Shown here: positions 17,102 to 26,225 of the stretch, in pieces
How positions within the stretch are numbered: the first letter of the stretch is position 1
How the letters are laid out: the number at the start of each line of letters is the position of its first letter
Assembly: GCA_044240275.1 (NCBI GenBank)
Contig: JBIHZV010000001.1
Location: 1-42,263 of the forward strand
Reading direction: 5' to 3'
Source: Ilumatobacteraceae bacterium
GTDB lineage: Bacteria; Actinomycetota; Acidimicrobiia; Acidimicrobiales; Ilumatobacteraceae
DNA: 42,263 nt
The notes under the pieces: model-generated
What the model was told of the DNA's origin: nothing
Databases searched by the model: none
What the model saw: only the letters and a program-made list of their open reading frames with translations
Position numbers and translations under genes: made by a program

Positions 17102-18454
17102 GTGCCAGATCTCAACGCAATTGTTAAGGCTTACGACATTCGAGGAATTGTGCCAGAGCAGTTGGATGCGTCGGCCGCCTACGCGTTTGGCGTGGCTTTT
17201 GCCAAATTTACTGGCGCCAGTGCCATCGTTGTTGCGCACGACATGCGACCAAGCGGTCCAGAACTCGTGGATGCATTTCAGAGGGGCGCACTTGCGCACG
17301 GCGTGGACGTCACCAATGTTGGTCTGGCCTCAAGTGACCTGTTGTATTACGCATCGGGCAAGTTCAACATGCCCGGTGCAATGTTTACCGCCTCGCACAA
17401 CCCTGCTCAGTACAACGGCATCAAGTGCTGTTTGGCCGGTGCCCGTTCAATCGGCATTGACAACGGCTTGCGCGACATGCTCGTGACCGCAACTGCAGTG
17501 CTCGATGGCAAGGAGCCAACACCTGCGGCGAAGGCTGGAACGTTGAACCACATCAACTTGCTTTCCGAGTTTGTCGACCATGTCGTCAAATTTATTCAGG
17601 CAGACACCTTGCGTCCGCTCAAAATTGTTGCCGACACTGCCAATGGAATGGGCGGACTTGTTGTACCAGCAGTTTTTGAACGGCTCAGTGCATTCGATCT
17701 TGAAGTGATGTATGGCGAACTAGACGGCACGTTTCCCAATCATCCAGCTGATCCGTTGCAACCTGCAAACCAGCGAGACTTGCAAGCCCGAGTGCTAGCA
17801 GGTGGATTCGACGTTGGTCTTGCGTTTGATGGCGATGCCGACAGAGTGTTTGTGGTGGATGAAAAAGGTCGAGGTATGTCGGGAAGCACAACGACTGCGC
17901 TACTTGCAACACGATTCTTACGTACACACCCTGGTGCAACTATTTTGTACAACCTCATCTGTTCGCGCGCTGTGCCGGAAGTGATTGCCGAACTTGGCGG
18001 AAAAGGTATTCGAACAAAAAACGGTCATAGCTTCATGAAGCAGATCATGGCCGAAACGGGTGCAGTGTTTGCGGGCGAACACTCTGGTCATTATTATTTC
18101 GCCGACAACTATCGTGCCGACAGCGGATTGATTGCAACGATGGGCGTGTTGGGCGAGATGTGCCACACCGGCAAGTCTCTTTCGCAAATGCGTGAGCCGC
18201 TTGAGCGCTACGCATCTAGTGGAGAGATCAACACAACTGTCAAAGACATTCATGCTGTTATTGAGCGAATTGCGCTTGATTACTCGTCGTACTCACAAGA
18301 TCGAGTAGATGGATTAACCGTTGATTGTGGTTCATGGTGGTTCAATGTGCGGGCGTCCAACACTGAGCCGCTGTTGCGACTCAATCTTGAGGCATCAACT
18401 CGTGATGAATGTGACACTTATGTGGTCGAGTTGCTCGCCAGCATTACGGCCTAG
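17102..18454 (+). CDS. manB: Phosphomannomutase/phosphoglucomutase
   Basis: 450 aa, GTG start. Motifs: YDIRG, phosphoserine loop TASHNP, metal loop FDGDADR and GEHSGH. Confidence 0.9.
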   Translation: MPDLNAIVKAYDIRGIVPEQLDASAAYAFGVAFAKFTGASAIVVAHDMRPSGPELVDAFQRGALAHGVDVTNVGLASSDLLYYASGKFNMPGAMFTASHNPAQYNGIKCCLAGARSIGIDNGLRDMLVTATAVLDGKEPTPAAKAGTLNHINLLSEFVDHVVKFIQADTLRPLKIVADTANGMGGLVVPAVFERLSAFDLEVMYGELDGTFPNHPADPLQPANQRDLQARVLAGGFDVGLAFDGDADRVFVVDEKGRGMSGSTTTALLATRFLRTHPGATILYNLICSRAVPEVIAELGGKGIRTKNGHSFMKQIMAETGAVFAGEHSGHYYFADNYRADSGLIATMGVLGEMCHTGKSLSQMREPLERYASSGEINTTVKDIHAVIERIALDYSSYSQDRVDGLTVDCGSWWFNVRASNTEPLLRLNLEASTRDECDTYVVELLASITA

Positions 18455-18469
18455 AAGCGGGGCAGTACA

Positions 18470-18712
18470 ATGAGCGCTATGTCACTTGATGCAAAATTGC
18501 TTCAGATCTTGGCCTGTCCACAAGACAAAGGATCGCTGTATTACTTTTCGTCTGACGCCTTTTTGTATAACCCACGGTTGCAACGTAAGTACAACATTGT
18601 CGATGGAATCCCTGTGATGTTGATTGATGAGGCAGCCAGTGTTGACTCTGTGGAACACGAGCGTTTGATGCAGCGCATTACGCAGGAGCACATTGCTCCA
18701 ACATTTGCCTAA
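18470..18712 (+). CDS. Trm112-family small protein
   Basis: 80 aa. LLQILACPQDKGSL ... IVDGIPVMLIDEA is typical of the Trm112/UPF0434 fold. Confidence 0.75.
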   Translation: MSAMSLDAKLLQILACPQDKGSLYYFSSDAFLYNPRLQRKYNIVDGIPVMLIDEAASVDSVEHERLMQRITQEHIAPTFA

Positions 18713-18819
18713 CTCGGGGGCGTTTGACTTAACCAGATCGCTGTTTTCGTCTAGTATGTCTGTTCTAGATGGGCCAAACTAATCCCGTGCCAGCTGGCCA
18801 GGGCTCATCGACTTTCACT

Positions 18820-18869
18820 CATGTACGCGTACAAGTACGTATACACATACACACATATAAACACACACA
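18820..18869 (+). repeat. Alternating purine-pyrimidine, CA/TA-rich tract of about 50 nt in the ahcY 5' leader
   Basis: Read directly. There are alternating runs of 14 nt (18820-18833), 25 nt (18835-18859) and 9 nt (18861-18869). Each is interrupted only by AA/AG steps. GTAC occurs three times. Confidence 0.9.
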
Positions 18870-18886
18870 AAATAAAAGGATTAAGT

Positions 18887-20335
18887 ATGACTTCATTTGC
18901 CCAACGTCGTGATTTCCGCGTCGCCGATCTCTCCCTCGCGCCATTTGGTCGCAAAGAGATTCACTTAGCCGAACACGAAATGCCAGGTCTACGCGCGTTG
19001 CGCAAAGAGTACGGCAAAACCAAACCACTCAAGGGCGCGCGCATTTCTGGCTCGTTGCACATGACGATTCAGACTGCAGTGCTGATCGAAACACTCACCG
19101 AACTTGGCGCAGAAGTGCGTTGGGCTAGTTGCAATATTTTTTCAACGCAAGATCACGCGGCTGCAGCAGTGGCGGTTGGACCAAACGGTTCGGTCGAAGA
19201 GCCAGATGGTGTTCCTGTGTTTGCATGGAAGGGCGAGACGCTCGAGGAGTACTGGTGGGCAACTGATCAGATGATGACATGGCCAGATGGCGACGGACCA
19301 AACATGATTCTGGACGACGGCGGCGATGCAACCATGTTGATGCACAAGGGTGTTGAGTATGAAGCAGCAGGCGCTGTTCCAGATCCAACGACTGCATCAA
19401 ACCCAGAGTTGGCAATTGTGCTCGGACTCTTGCAGCGCTCGCTCAAGTCCGAGCCAAAAAAGTGGACCAAGATGGCAAAAGGCATCAAGGGTGTCACCGA
19501 AGAAACAACAACCGGAGTAAAGCGTCTCTACAAGATGGCCGAGAAGGGCGAGTTGCTCTTTCCTGCAATCAACGTTAATGACAGTGTGACCAAATCAAAG
19601 TTTGACAACTTGTACGGATGTCGTCACTCGTTGATTGACGCAATCAACCGCGCGACTGACGTGATGTTGGCGGGCAAGTTGGCAGTGGTCTGTGGTTATG
19701 GCGACGTGGGTAAGGGCTGTGCGCAAAGTTTGCGCGGTCAAGGTGCGCGCGTTGTGGTAACCGAGATTGACCCAATCAATGCATTGCAAGCAGCGATGGA
19801 GGGCTACGAAGTCAACACACTTGAGGCTCTTGTTTCAACTGCAGATGTGTTTGTAACTGCAACGGGTAACGAAGCAATTGTGACTGTTGATCACATGGCG
19901 CGTATGAAGCACAACGCAATTGTTTGCAACATCGGCCACTTTGATAATGAAATTGACATGGCTGGTCTTGCTCGAAGCGGGGCAACTCGCGACGAACTGA
20001 AAGCCGGCACCGACTTGTGGACGTTTCAAGACGGCCACGCTGTGATTGTGTTGGCAGAAGGACGTCTTGTCAACTTGGGTTGTGCAACAGGACACCCGAG
20101 TTTCGTGATGAGTTGCTCATTCACAAACCAAGTCATTGCTCAGATGGAGCTATTTAACAACACCGACAAGTATCCGCTTGGCGTATATGTGTTGCCAAAG
20201 GCACTTGACGAAAAAGTTGCGACGCTGCATTTGGGCGCACTTGGCGCAGTGTTGACAAAACTTTCAGACGAGCAGTCTGACTACTTGGGCATTCCACACA
20301 ATGGCCCATTCAAGTCGGAGAACTATCGCTACTAG
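18887..20335 (+). CDS. ahcY: Adenosylhomocysteinase
   Basis: 482 aa from the ATG at 18887, with AAAGGA 7 nt upstream. The N-terminus [27 protein letters not shown] is followed by the NAD-binding loop GYGDVGKG, then GHFDNEID and a C-terminal PFKSENYRY. Confidence 0.95.
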   Translation: MTSFAQRRDFRVADLSLAPFGRKEIHLAEHEMPGLRALRKEYGKTKPLKGARISGSLHMTIQTAVLIETLTELGAEVRWASCNIFSTQDHAAAAVAVGPNGSVEEPDGVPVFAWKGETLEEYWWATDQMMTWPDGDGPNMILDDGGDATMLMHKGVEYEAAGAVPDPTTASNPELAIVLGLLQRSLKSEPKKWTKMAKGIKGVTEETTTGVKRLYKMAEKGELLFPAINVNDSVTKSKFDNLYGCRHSLIDAINRATDVMLAGKLAVVCGYGDVGKGCAQSLRGQGARVVVTEIDPINALQAAMEGYEVNTLEALVSTADVFVTATGNEAIVTVDHMARMKHNAIVCNIGHFDNEIDMAGLARSGATRDELKAGTDLWTFQDGHAVIVLAEGRLVNLGCATGHPSFVMSCSFTNQVIAQMELFNNTDKYPLGVYVLPKALDEKVATLHLGALGAVLTKLSDEQSDYLGIPHNGPFKSENYRY

Positions 20336-20337
20336 TC

Positions 20338-20364
20338 AACTGGTGTGCAACACCAGTTTATTTT
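20338..20364 (+). terminator. Intrinsic terminator after ahcY
   Basis: Perfect 9-bp stem AACTGGTGT / ACACCAGTT with loop GCA, followed by TTATTTT. The right arm overlaps the stop codon of the convergent gene. Confidence 0.6.
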
Positions 20365-20987
20365 CCAGTTCGGATCTGTAGAAGCGGAAGCGTTTTCGCA
20401 ACTATCGGTCCGATCAAAACAGCAAACGCAATCGTGCCGATTCCGATCGAGCCGCCCAAAGCAACTCCGGCAAGTAATACTGATATTTCTACGCCTGTGC
20501 GCGCTTTGCCGATATTGATACCGCGTTTGGCAAGACCAACCATCAAGCCGTCCCGTGGGCCAGGTCCAAGACCAGCACCGATGTAAAAACCAGACCCGAT
20601 TCCGGTCACCACGATTCCACCGAGCATTAAAAATATTCGCAGCGGCATTGCAGTGTCATCGGTGGCTTGAGGAACGATCGAAAGAAAGATGCCGGCCGCA
20701 ACGCCAACCTCAATTGCGTTCAGAATTGTGCCGAGCCCTGGTGCTTGTCGAAGTGGAATCCAGAGCAACATGACGAACAAGCTTGTGAGCACGATAGTTG
20801 TGCCAAAAGGTAAGCCGATGATCTTGCTCACGCCATCATGAAACACGTCCCACGGTGGCAAACCCAGATTGCCGGCTTTTTGCATGCCAATTCCGGATCC
20901 GAAAAGTGCAAGTCCAAACACACATCTGGTTAGTCGCTCGATTGGGCGATCTTTGAGCGGTGCAAGAAAATAATTTGCCACGCGCAA
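20358..20987 (-). CDS. YczE/YitT-like integral membrane protein
   Basis: 209 aa with about 6 hydrophobic segments. N-terminus: RCVFGLALFGSGIGMQKAGNLGLPPWDVFHDG. TTG start, with an alternative GTG 6 nt downstream. Confidence 0.55.
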   Translation of the reverse strand: MRVANYFLAPLKDRPIERLTRCVFGLALFGSGIGMQKAGNLGLPPWDVFHDGVSKIIGLPFGTTIVLTSLFVMLLWIPLRQAPGLGTILNAIEVGVAAGIFLSIVPQATDDTAMPLRIFLMLGGIVVTGIGSGFYIGAGLGPGPRDGLMVGLAKRGINIGKARTGVEISVLLAGVALGGSIGIGTIAFAVLIGPIVAKTLPLLQIRTGK

Positions 20988-21010
20988 AGACTAATGCTGC
21001 GGAGGTGTGA

Positions 21011-21613
21011 ATGTTGTTCAGACAGCGGTGTGAAGCGTGTGGTGGTATCGCTCGCGTGCTGTGCGCCAAATGCCGTGCACGGCTGTTTGCAATGGTGCAA
21101 CCCGAATGCGATCTGGCGGTGGTTGCTGTTGCGTACGAGGGCATCGCGCGTCGATTGATTTTGAATCTCAAGTACCACAATCGCCGACAGGTGGTGACAG
21201 TGCTAGTTGACTTGCTGGCGCAGAAGGTCATGCAACAAGTACCAAACATCTCGGCAGATTGCGATGTGGTGACATGGGCGCCGACCGGCACGGCACGAGC
21301 TCGTCGACGGGGCCTCGACCAGTCCGAATTATTGGCGCGACGATTGGCCAGAGTGCTCGATGTGCCGTGTAGGCGACTTCTGATCAAGACCTCAACCAAC
21401 GTGCAAACCGGAGCATCGCGCGAACTGCGCTTGCGAGGTTCTGTATTTTCTGCGCGCAAACTGGGGGTTAACAGTCATGTACTGGTTGTTGATGACGTGG
21501 TCACAACTGGCACAACTCTGCGGTGTGCCGCAGATGCATTGCGCAAAGCGGGTGCTCGGCAAGTGACCTGTGTGGCGGTGGCAAGCGCTCTCAGGCACGG
21601 CCTCCGAAGGTAG
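21011..21613 (+). CDS. ComF-family phosphoribosyltransferase-domain protein
   Basis: 200 aa, with GGAGGTG 3 nt upstream of the ATG. It has an N-terminal Cys4 cluster (CEACGG...CAKC) and the PRPP loop VLVVDDVVTTGTT. Confidence 0.8.
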   Translation: MLFRQRCEACGGIARVLCAKCRARLFAMVQPECDLAVVAVAYEGIARRLILNLKYHNRRQVVTVLVDLLAQKVMQQVPNISADCDVVTWAPTGTARARRRGLDQSELLARRLARVLDVPCRRLLIKTSTNVQTGASRELRLRGSVFSARKLGVNSHVLVVDDVVTTGTTLRCAADALRKAGARQVTCVAVASALRHGLRR

Positions 21614-21626
21614 GATTCAGGGTCTT

Positions 21627-24392
21627 ATGGCCCTACTTAATCGCATTCTTCGCGCCGGTGAGGGCAAAAAGGTCAAGGCTTTAGCCGACATCATTCCCGA
21701 CATCAATGCTCAAGAGCCAGAGATACATGCATTGTCGGATCAGGCGCTCAAAGGCAAGACCGCTGAGTTTCGCTCGCGTATCGAGCGCGGCGAAGACACC
21801 GATGACTTATTGGTCGAAGCGTTTGCTGTGGTTCGTGAAGCATCACTGCGTGTTATTGGTCAGCGCCACTACGACGTGCAGATGATGGGTGGAGCTGCGC
21901 TGCATGCCGGCTGGATTTCCGAAATGCGCACAGGTGAAGGTAAGACTCTCGTTTCAACGCTGCCTGCGTATCTCAACGCGTTGCCCCAAAAAGGTGTGCA
22001 CTTGGTGACGACCAACGATTATCTTGCGCAACGCGACTCGGAGTGGATGGGTCGTATTCACCGCTGGCTGGGTCTTGAAGTTGGGCTCGTGATTCCTGGT
22101 CTGCGCACGTCGGCAGCAGAGAAGCGCATTGACTACATGGCCGACATTACCTACGGCACAAACAACGAATTTGGTTTTGATTATTTGCGCGACAACATGG
22201 CAGGCACAAAAGAAGAAAAAGTTCAGCGCGGTCATTACTTCGCGATCGTCGACGAAGTTGACTCAATCTTGATTGACGAGGCTCGTACTCCATTGATTAT
22301 TTCTGGACGCATTGCCGATGCAGCCAAGTCGTATTATCAATTTGCTTCAATCGTCAGGTCGCTCAAGCGAGACATAGATTATGAAGTCGAAGAAGACAAG
22401 CGCGTCGTAGTTCCGACCGAGGCTGGTATTGAAAAAGTAGAACAGCAACTTGGTATTGCCAACTTGTATGACGAAGTGCAACAAAACTTGGTGCACCAAT
22501 TGCAAGTAGCGCTCAAGGCTGCGGTGCTGTATCAGCGAGATAAGGACTACATCATCCAAGATGGTGAAGTAAAAATCGTCGACGAATTTACGGGTCGAAT
22601 TCTTGAAGGCCGTCGTTGGAGCGAAGGTATTCACCAGGCGGTTGAGGCCAAAGAGGGCGTCAAGATCAAGGAAGAAAACCAAACACTCGCAACCGTCACC
22701 TTGCAAAATTATTTCCGCATGTACGACAAACTCTCCGGCATGACCGGTACTGCGCAAACCGAAGCAGCCGAGTTGATGAATACCTATGGGCTGCAGGTTG
22801 TCCCTATCCCAACCAATCGTGAGATGGTGCGTATCGACCAAGCAGACCTGATTTTTAAGACCGAAGCCGCAAAGTTTAAGACTGTTGTTGCTGATATCGA
22901 AGAGAAGCATAAAAAGGGCCAACCAGTGTTGGTCGGTACTGTCAGCGTCGAGAAGAGCGAGTTGCTCTCACGCGAACTTGACAAGCATGGCATTAAACAC
23001 GAAGTGCTCAATGCCAAGCAGCACACACGTGAAGCTTCGATCGTCACACAGGCCGGACGCATAGGCAGCGTCACCGTTGCAACCAACATGGCTGGACGCG
23101 GAGTCGACATCATGCTCGGCGGAAACCCAGAGGGGCTTGCTCGCGCCAAAGTATTGCAAGAAGGCTTTGATCCACTAACACTGACGGACGAGTTTGCATT
23201 GGCTATGCCACTCGAGCAAATGTCCGATGAATACAAGCAATCTCGCGCAGCAGCACAAAAGCGCTACGCCGATTTATTGGTGGAGTTCACCGCTTCGTGC
23301 AAGATCGAGGGCGACAAAGTGCGTGGCATTGGTGGTCTCTATGTGCTCGGCACCGAGCGCCACGAGTCGCGACGTATTGACAATCAGTTGCGTGGTCGTT
23401 CTGGTCGTCAGGGTGATCCAGGTGAAAGCCGTTTTTACTTAAGCCTCGACGACGAACTGATGCGCTTGTTCGCAACTGGCGCCTTGAGCTGGGTGATGGG
23501 TCGTGCGCTTCCAGACGACGAAGCAATTGAAGCGAAGATGGTGACCAAGGCAATTGAGCGTGCTCAAACAACAGTCGAGCAACGCAACGGCGAGATTCGC
23601 AAAAACGTTCTCAAGTACGACGAAGTAATGAATGAGCAGCGCAAAATCATTTATCAGCGCCGCGACCAGATACTCCTGGGGCTTGATCTAAAAGTTGCGG
23701 CCATGGAGTATTTGGCAGAAGCTGTTGACTCATTGATCGACAGTCATTGTGTGTCGGATGCAAATGATGAATGGGACCTTGACGGCTTGGCTCGTGAACT
23801 CGTTTCATTTTGGCCATCAACGGTTACTAGCCATCGCCTTGAGCAGTGTGCAGATACCGACGAGATGTATGACCTCGTGATGTCGGACGCATCAATTTTT
23901 TACGCAGCCCGCGAAACAGAGATGGGCGAAGCAACAATGCGAGAGATCGAGCGACAAGTGATGCTCCGCATTATCGATCAGCGTTGGCGCGAACATCTTG
24001 AAGAGATGGATTATCTCCAAGAGGGCATCAACTTGCGCGCGATGGGTCAAAAAGATCCACTGACCGAATGGCAACGTGAGGGCTTCGAGATGTTTGGCAC
24101 CCTGATGAAGGGCATTGCTCAAGATTTTGTCAAGTACGTCATGCACGTGCAGGTTGTGAAAAATGAATCACCTGTGTTGCAGGTAAGCAATCTCCAGGAA
24201 TCGTCATTTGATACCGAGACCGATGGTGGTTTCGCTGCGATTGCCGCAGAAGAAACTGGCGTGCCGATTCAGTCCGAGCCAGCAGTGAAGACGATTGTCA
24301 AGTCGGCCGATGACTGGTCGACAACTCCGCGCAACGCGATGTGCCCGTGCGGTTCGGGCAAGAAGTACAAGTTGTGCCACGGGCGCAACTAA
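21627..24392 (+). CDS. secA: Preprotein translocase ATPase SecA
   Basis: The ATG at 21627 gives MALLNRILRAGEGKK. Motifs: Walker A MRTGEGKT, DEVDSILIDEARTPLIISG, TNMAGRGVDI, and a C-terminal zinc motif CPCGSGKKYKLCHG. The upstream open-frame extension overlaps comF and is not used. Confidence 0.95.
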   Translation: MALLNRILRAGEGKKVKALADIIPDINAQEPEIHALSDQALKGKTAEFRSRIERGEDTDDLLVEAFAVVREASLRVIGQRHYDVQMMGGAALHAGWISEMRTGEGKTLVSTLPAYLNALPQKGVHLVTTNDYLAQRDSEWMGRIHRWLGLEVGLVIPGLRTSAAEKRIDYMADITYGTNNEFGFDYLRDNMAGTKEEKVQRGHYFAIVDEVDSILIDEARTPLIISGRIADAAKSYYQFASIVRSLKRDIDYEVEEDKRVVVPTEAGIEKVEQQLGIANLYDEVQQNLVHQLQVALKAAVLYQRDKDYIIQDGEVKIVDEFTGRILEGRRWSEGIHQAVEAKEGVKIKEENQTLATVTLQNYFRMYDKLSGMTGTAQTEAAELMNTYGLQVVPIPTNREMVRIDQADLIFKTEAAKFKTVVADIEEKHKKGQPVLVGTVSVEKSELLSRELDKHGIKHEVLNAKQHTREASIVTQAGRIGSVTVATNMAGRGVDIMLGGNPEGLARAKVLQEGFDPLTLTDEFALAMPLEQMSDEYKQSRAAAQKRYADLLVEFTASCKIEGDKVRGIGGLYVLGTERHESRRIDNQLRGRSGRQGDPGESRFYLSLDDELMRLFATGALSWVMGRALPDDEAIEAKMVTKAIERAQTTVEQRNGEIRKNVLKYDEVMNEQRKIIYQRRDQILLGLDLKVAAMEYLAEAVDSLIDSHCVSDANDEWDLDGLARELVSFWPSTVTSHRLEQCADTDEMYDLVMSDASIFYAARETEMGEATMREIERQVMLRIIDQRWREHLEEMDYLQEGINLRAMGQKDPLTEWQREGFEMFGTLMKGIAQDFVKYVMHVQVVKNESPVLQVSNLQESSFDTETDGGFAAIAAEETGVPIQSEPAVKTIVKSADDWSTTPRNAMCPCGSGKKYKLCHGRN

Positions 24393-24408
24393 TTTACTTC
24401 TACTCACT

Positions 24409-25512
24409 ATGCGCGATTTTTCCAACGACCTCACCGAAATTCGGCGACGCGTTAGTGAAGCTTTTGTCTATCTCAAGGTAGAAGCTGGTGGCGAGCGAAT
24501 GAAGGTTCTCGAGATTGATGTTGCTCGCCCCGATTTGTGGGACGACCAAGACAACGCCAAAAAAGTGAACACCGAATACGTCAATCTCAAAGCTGATCTC
24601 GACGAATTTGCGCAGTTGTCTGGATCAGTAGACGACCTTGAGGTGCTGCACGAAATGGCGCGCGAAATTGATGATGCAAGCCAAGAGCCAGATCTTGAAA
24701 GTGGCATCGGTGGCGTGCGGTCAAAGCTTGACGCACTTGAGTTGCGCAGTTTGTTTACTGGCGTGCACGACGAGATGGACGCAATTGTGCAGATCAATGC
24801 CAAAGACGGCGGTGTTGATGCCCAGGACTGGAGCGAAATGCTCTTACGCATGTACACGCGATGGGCGGAGCGCAGCAGTTTTGCAATCGAGATCGGCGAT
24901 ATCTCGCTTGGCACTGAAGCAGGTATTTTGTCGGCCGACTTTACGGTGCGCGGCAGATATGCATACGGGCTACTTACATCCGAGCGCGGCACGCATCGTT
25001 TGGTGCGTATTAGCCCGTTCGACAATCAGGGTCGGCGCCAAACAAGTTTTGCCAGCGTGCAAGTGTGGCCAATTCTTGAAGAGGCTGACGTTGAAATTAA
25101 TGAGACCGATATTCGTATGGAAGTGTTTCGAGCATCAGGCGCTGGTGGCCAACATGTCAACAAGACATCTTCTGCGGTAAGACTTATTCATGAGCCAACA
25201 GGGCTCGTCGCGTCGTCGCAACAAGAGCGTTCGCAATTACAAAACCGTGAGAGCGCATTGAAGCGCCTCAAGACGATGGTCGCATCTCGTATTGAAGAAG
25301 AGCGTGATGCTGCAATGAAAAAAATTGCGGGCAAGCCATCGGCGATTGGCTGGGGTAGCCAGATTCGCTCGTATGTCATGCAGCCATATCAGATGGTGAA
25401 AGATGTGCGCACCGAAATTGAGAGCGGAAACATTGCTGGGGTTCTGGATGGAGATCTGAATCTCTTTATGGAGGGCTATCTGCGGTGGCGCCGTGCAAAC
25501 TCTGATTCATAA
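24409..25512 (+). CDS. prfB: Peptide chain release factor 2 (no programmed frameshift)
   Basis: 367 aa from the ATG at 24409. It has the SPF tripeptide (RISPFD) and the GGQ motif (SGAGGQHVN). The frame is uninterrupted. Confidence 0.9.
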   Translation: MRDFSNDLTEIRRRVSEAFVYLKVEAGGERMKVLEIDVARPDLWDDQDNAKKVNTEYVNLKADLDEFAQLSGSVDDLEVLHEMAREIDDASQEPDLESGIGGVRSKLDALELRSLFTGVHDEMDAIVQINAKDGGVDAQDWSEMLLRMYTRWAERSSFAIEIGDISLGTEAGILSADFTVRGRYAYGLLTSERGTHRLVRISPFDNQGRRQTSFASVQVWPILEEADVEINETDIRMEVFRASGAGGQHVNKTSSAVRLIHEPTGLVASSQQERSQLQNRESALKRLKTMVASRIEEERDAAMKKIAGKPSAIGWGSQIRSYVMQPYQMVKDVRTEIESGNIAGVLDGDLNLFMEGYLRWRRANSDS

Positions 25513-25547
25513 ACTAAACTGACTGTTTGTCGCCTGGAAGGGGCCCC

Positions 25548-26225
25548 ATGATCCGTTTGGAAAGTGTGACCAAGAGGTACGGCACCGAAACGGTGGCCGT
25601 TCGAGATGCAAGTTTCGATATCGCTAAAGGCGACTTCGTGTTCTTGGTTGGACCATCCGGATCTGGCAAGTCGACGTTGCTGCGACTCATCAACCGCCAA
25701 GAACAGCCTGAGCGTGGCGAGGTGTGGGTGGCTGGGCAAAACGTTAATGAGATGGCCGAGTCGCGTGTTCCATATTTACGCCGCAACATGGGCAACGTGT
25801 TTCAGGACTACAAGTTGTTGCCCAACAAGACAGTTTTTGAAAACGTTGCGTTTGCCCTCGAAGTGATTGGTAAGCCAAGACACGTCATCAATCGGCAGGT
25901 GCCAGTTGTTCTGGAGTTGGTTGGTCTTGCAGGCAAGGAAGATCGTTTCCCCGAGCAGTTGTCGGGCGGAGAGCAACAGCGTGTGTCGATCGCACGTGCG
26001 TTTGTCAATAGACCGCTGATCATGTTGGCCGACGAGCCAACCGGCAACCTCGACCCAGCAACGGGCGAGGGCATCATGTCGCTGTTGGAAGAAATCAATC
26101 GCACCGGCACCACAGTGGTGATGGCAACGCACGATCATCGCGTTGTTAATGCAATGCGTAAGCGCGTTATTCAACTTGACCGTGGTGTCATTGTGCGCGA
26201 CCAAGAACGTGGGGTGTACGAATGA
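25548..26225 (+). CDS. ftsE: Cell-division ABC ATPase FtsE
   Basis: The ATG at 25548 gives [12 protein letters not shown]. Features: Walker [10 protein letters not shown], signature LSGGEQQR, Walker [12 protein letters not shown]. Confidence 0.9.
   Translation: MIRLESVTKRYGTETVAVRDASFDIAKGDFVFLVGPSGSGKSTLLRLINRQEQPERGEVWVAGQNVNEMAESRVPYLRRNMGNVFQDYKLLPNKTVFENVAFALEVIGKPRHVINRQVPVVLELVGLAGKEDRFPEQLSGGEQQRVSIARAFVNRPLIMLADEPTGNLDPATGEGIMSLLEEINRTGTTVVMATHDHRVVNAMRKRVIQLDRGVIVRDQERGVYE

Noticed and set aside
18821-18886. An in-frame ATG would add 22 aa ([22 protein letters not shown]) to AhcY.
   Set aside because: The extension is a translation artefact of the alternating Pu-Py tract. AhcY homology begins at [18 protein letters not shown]. 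The ATG at 18887 has an AAAGGA ribosome-binding site at proper spacing, and the ATG at 18821 has none.
18713-18886. An SAH riboswitch upstream of ahcY.
   Set aside because: I looked for the conserved cores I remember for this class: GAGGAGCGCUGC, CAGGCUC, and AACGGCGCUC forming a pseudoknot. Only loose fragments are present (GAUCGCUG, CAGGGCUC). No downstream segment can form the pseudoknot. A covariance-model scan would be needed to overturn this.
20836-21459. Long antisense or alternative-frame ORFs lie opposite well-supported genes. This one is 207 aa. Others are 34262-34990 (242 aa), 32563-33228 (221 aa), 26707-27342 (211 aa), 2537-3214 (225 aa), 12368-13036 (222 aa) and 7981-8607 (208 aa).
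   Set aside because: They are completely embedded in genes with strong family motifs. Their composition is Arg/Ser/Cys/His-rich and low-complexity. They have no ribosome-binding sites and no recognisable domains. They are typical shadow ORFs.
21570-21626. An N-terminal extension of SecA overlaps the comF-like gene.
   Set aside because: SecA homology starts at MALLNRILRAGEGKK (ATG 21627), immediately after the comF stop. The extension (MWRWQALSGTASEG...) has no counterpart in SecA.
24295-24408. An upstream open-frame extension of prfB overlaps secA. I also considered a programmed +1 frameshift in prfB.
   Set aside because: The RF2 homology starts at the ATG at 24409 (MRDFSNDL...). The region equivalent to the E. 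coli frameshift site (…YL/KVEAGGER…) is read in a single uninterrupted frame with no in-frame UGA. This prfB therefore has no frameshift, and the extension is just open frame inside the secA 3' end.
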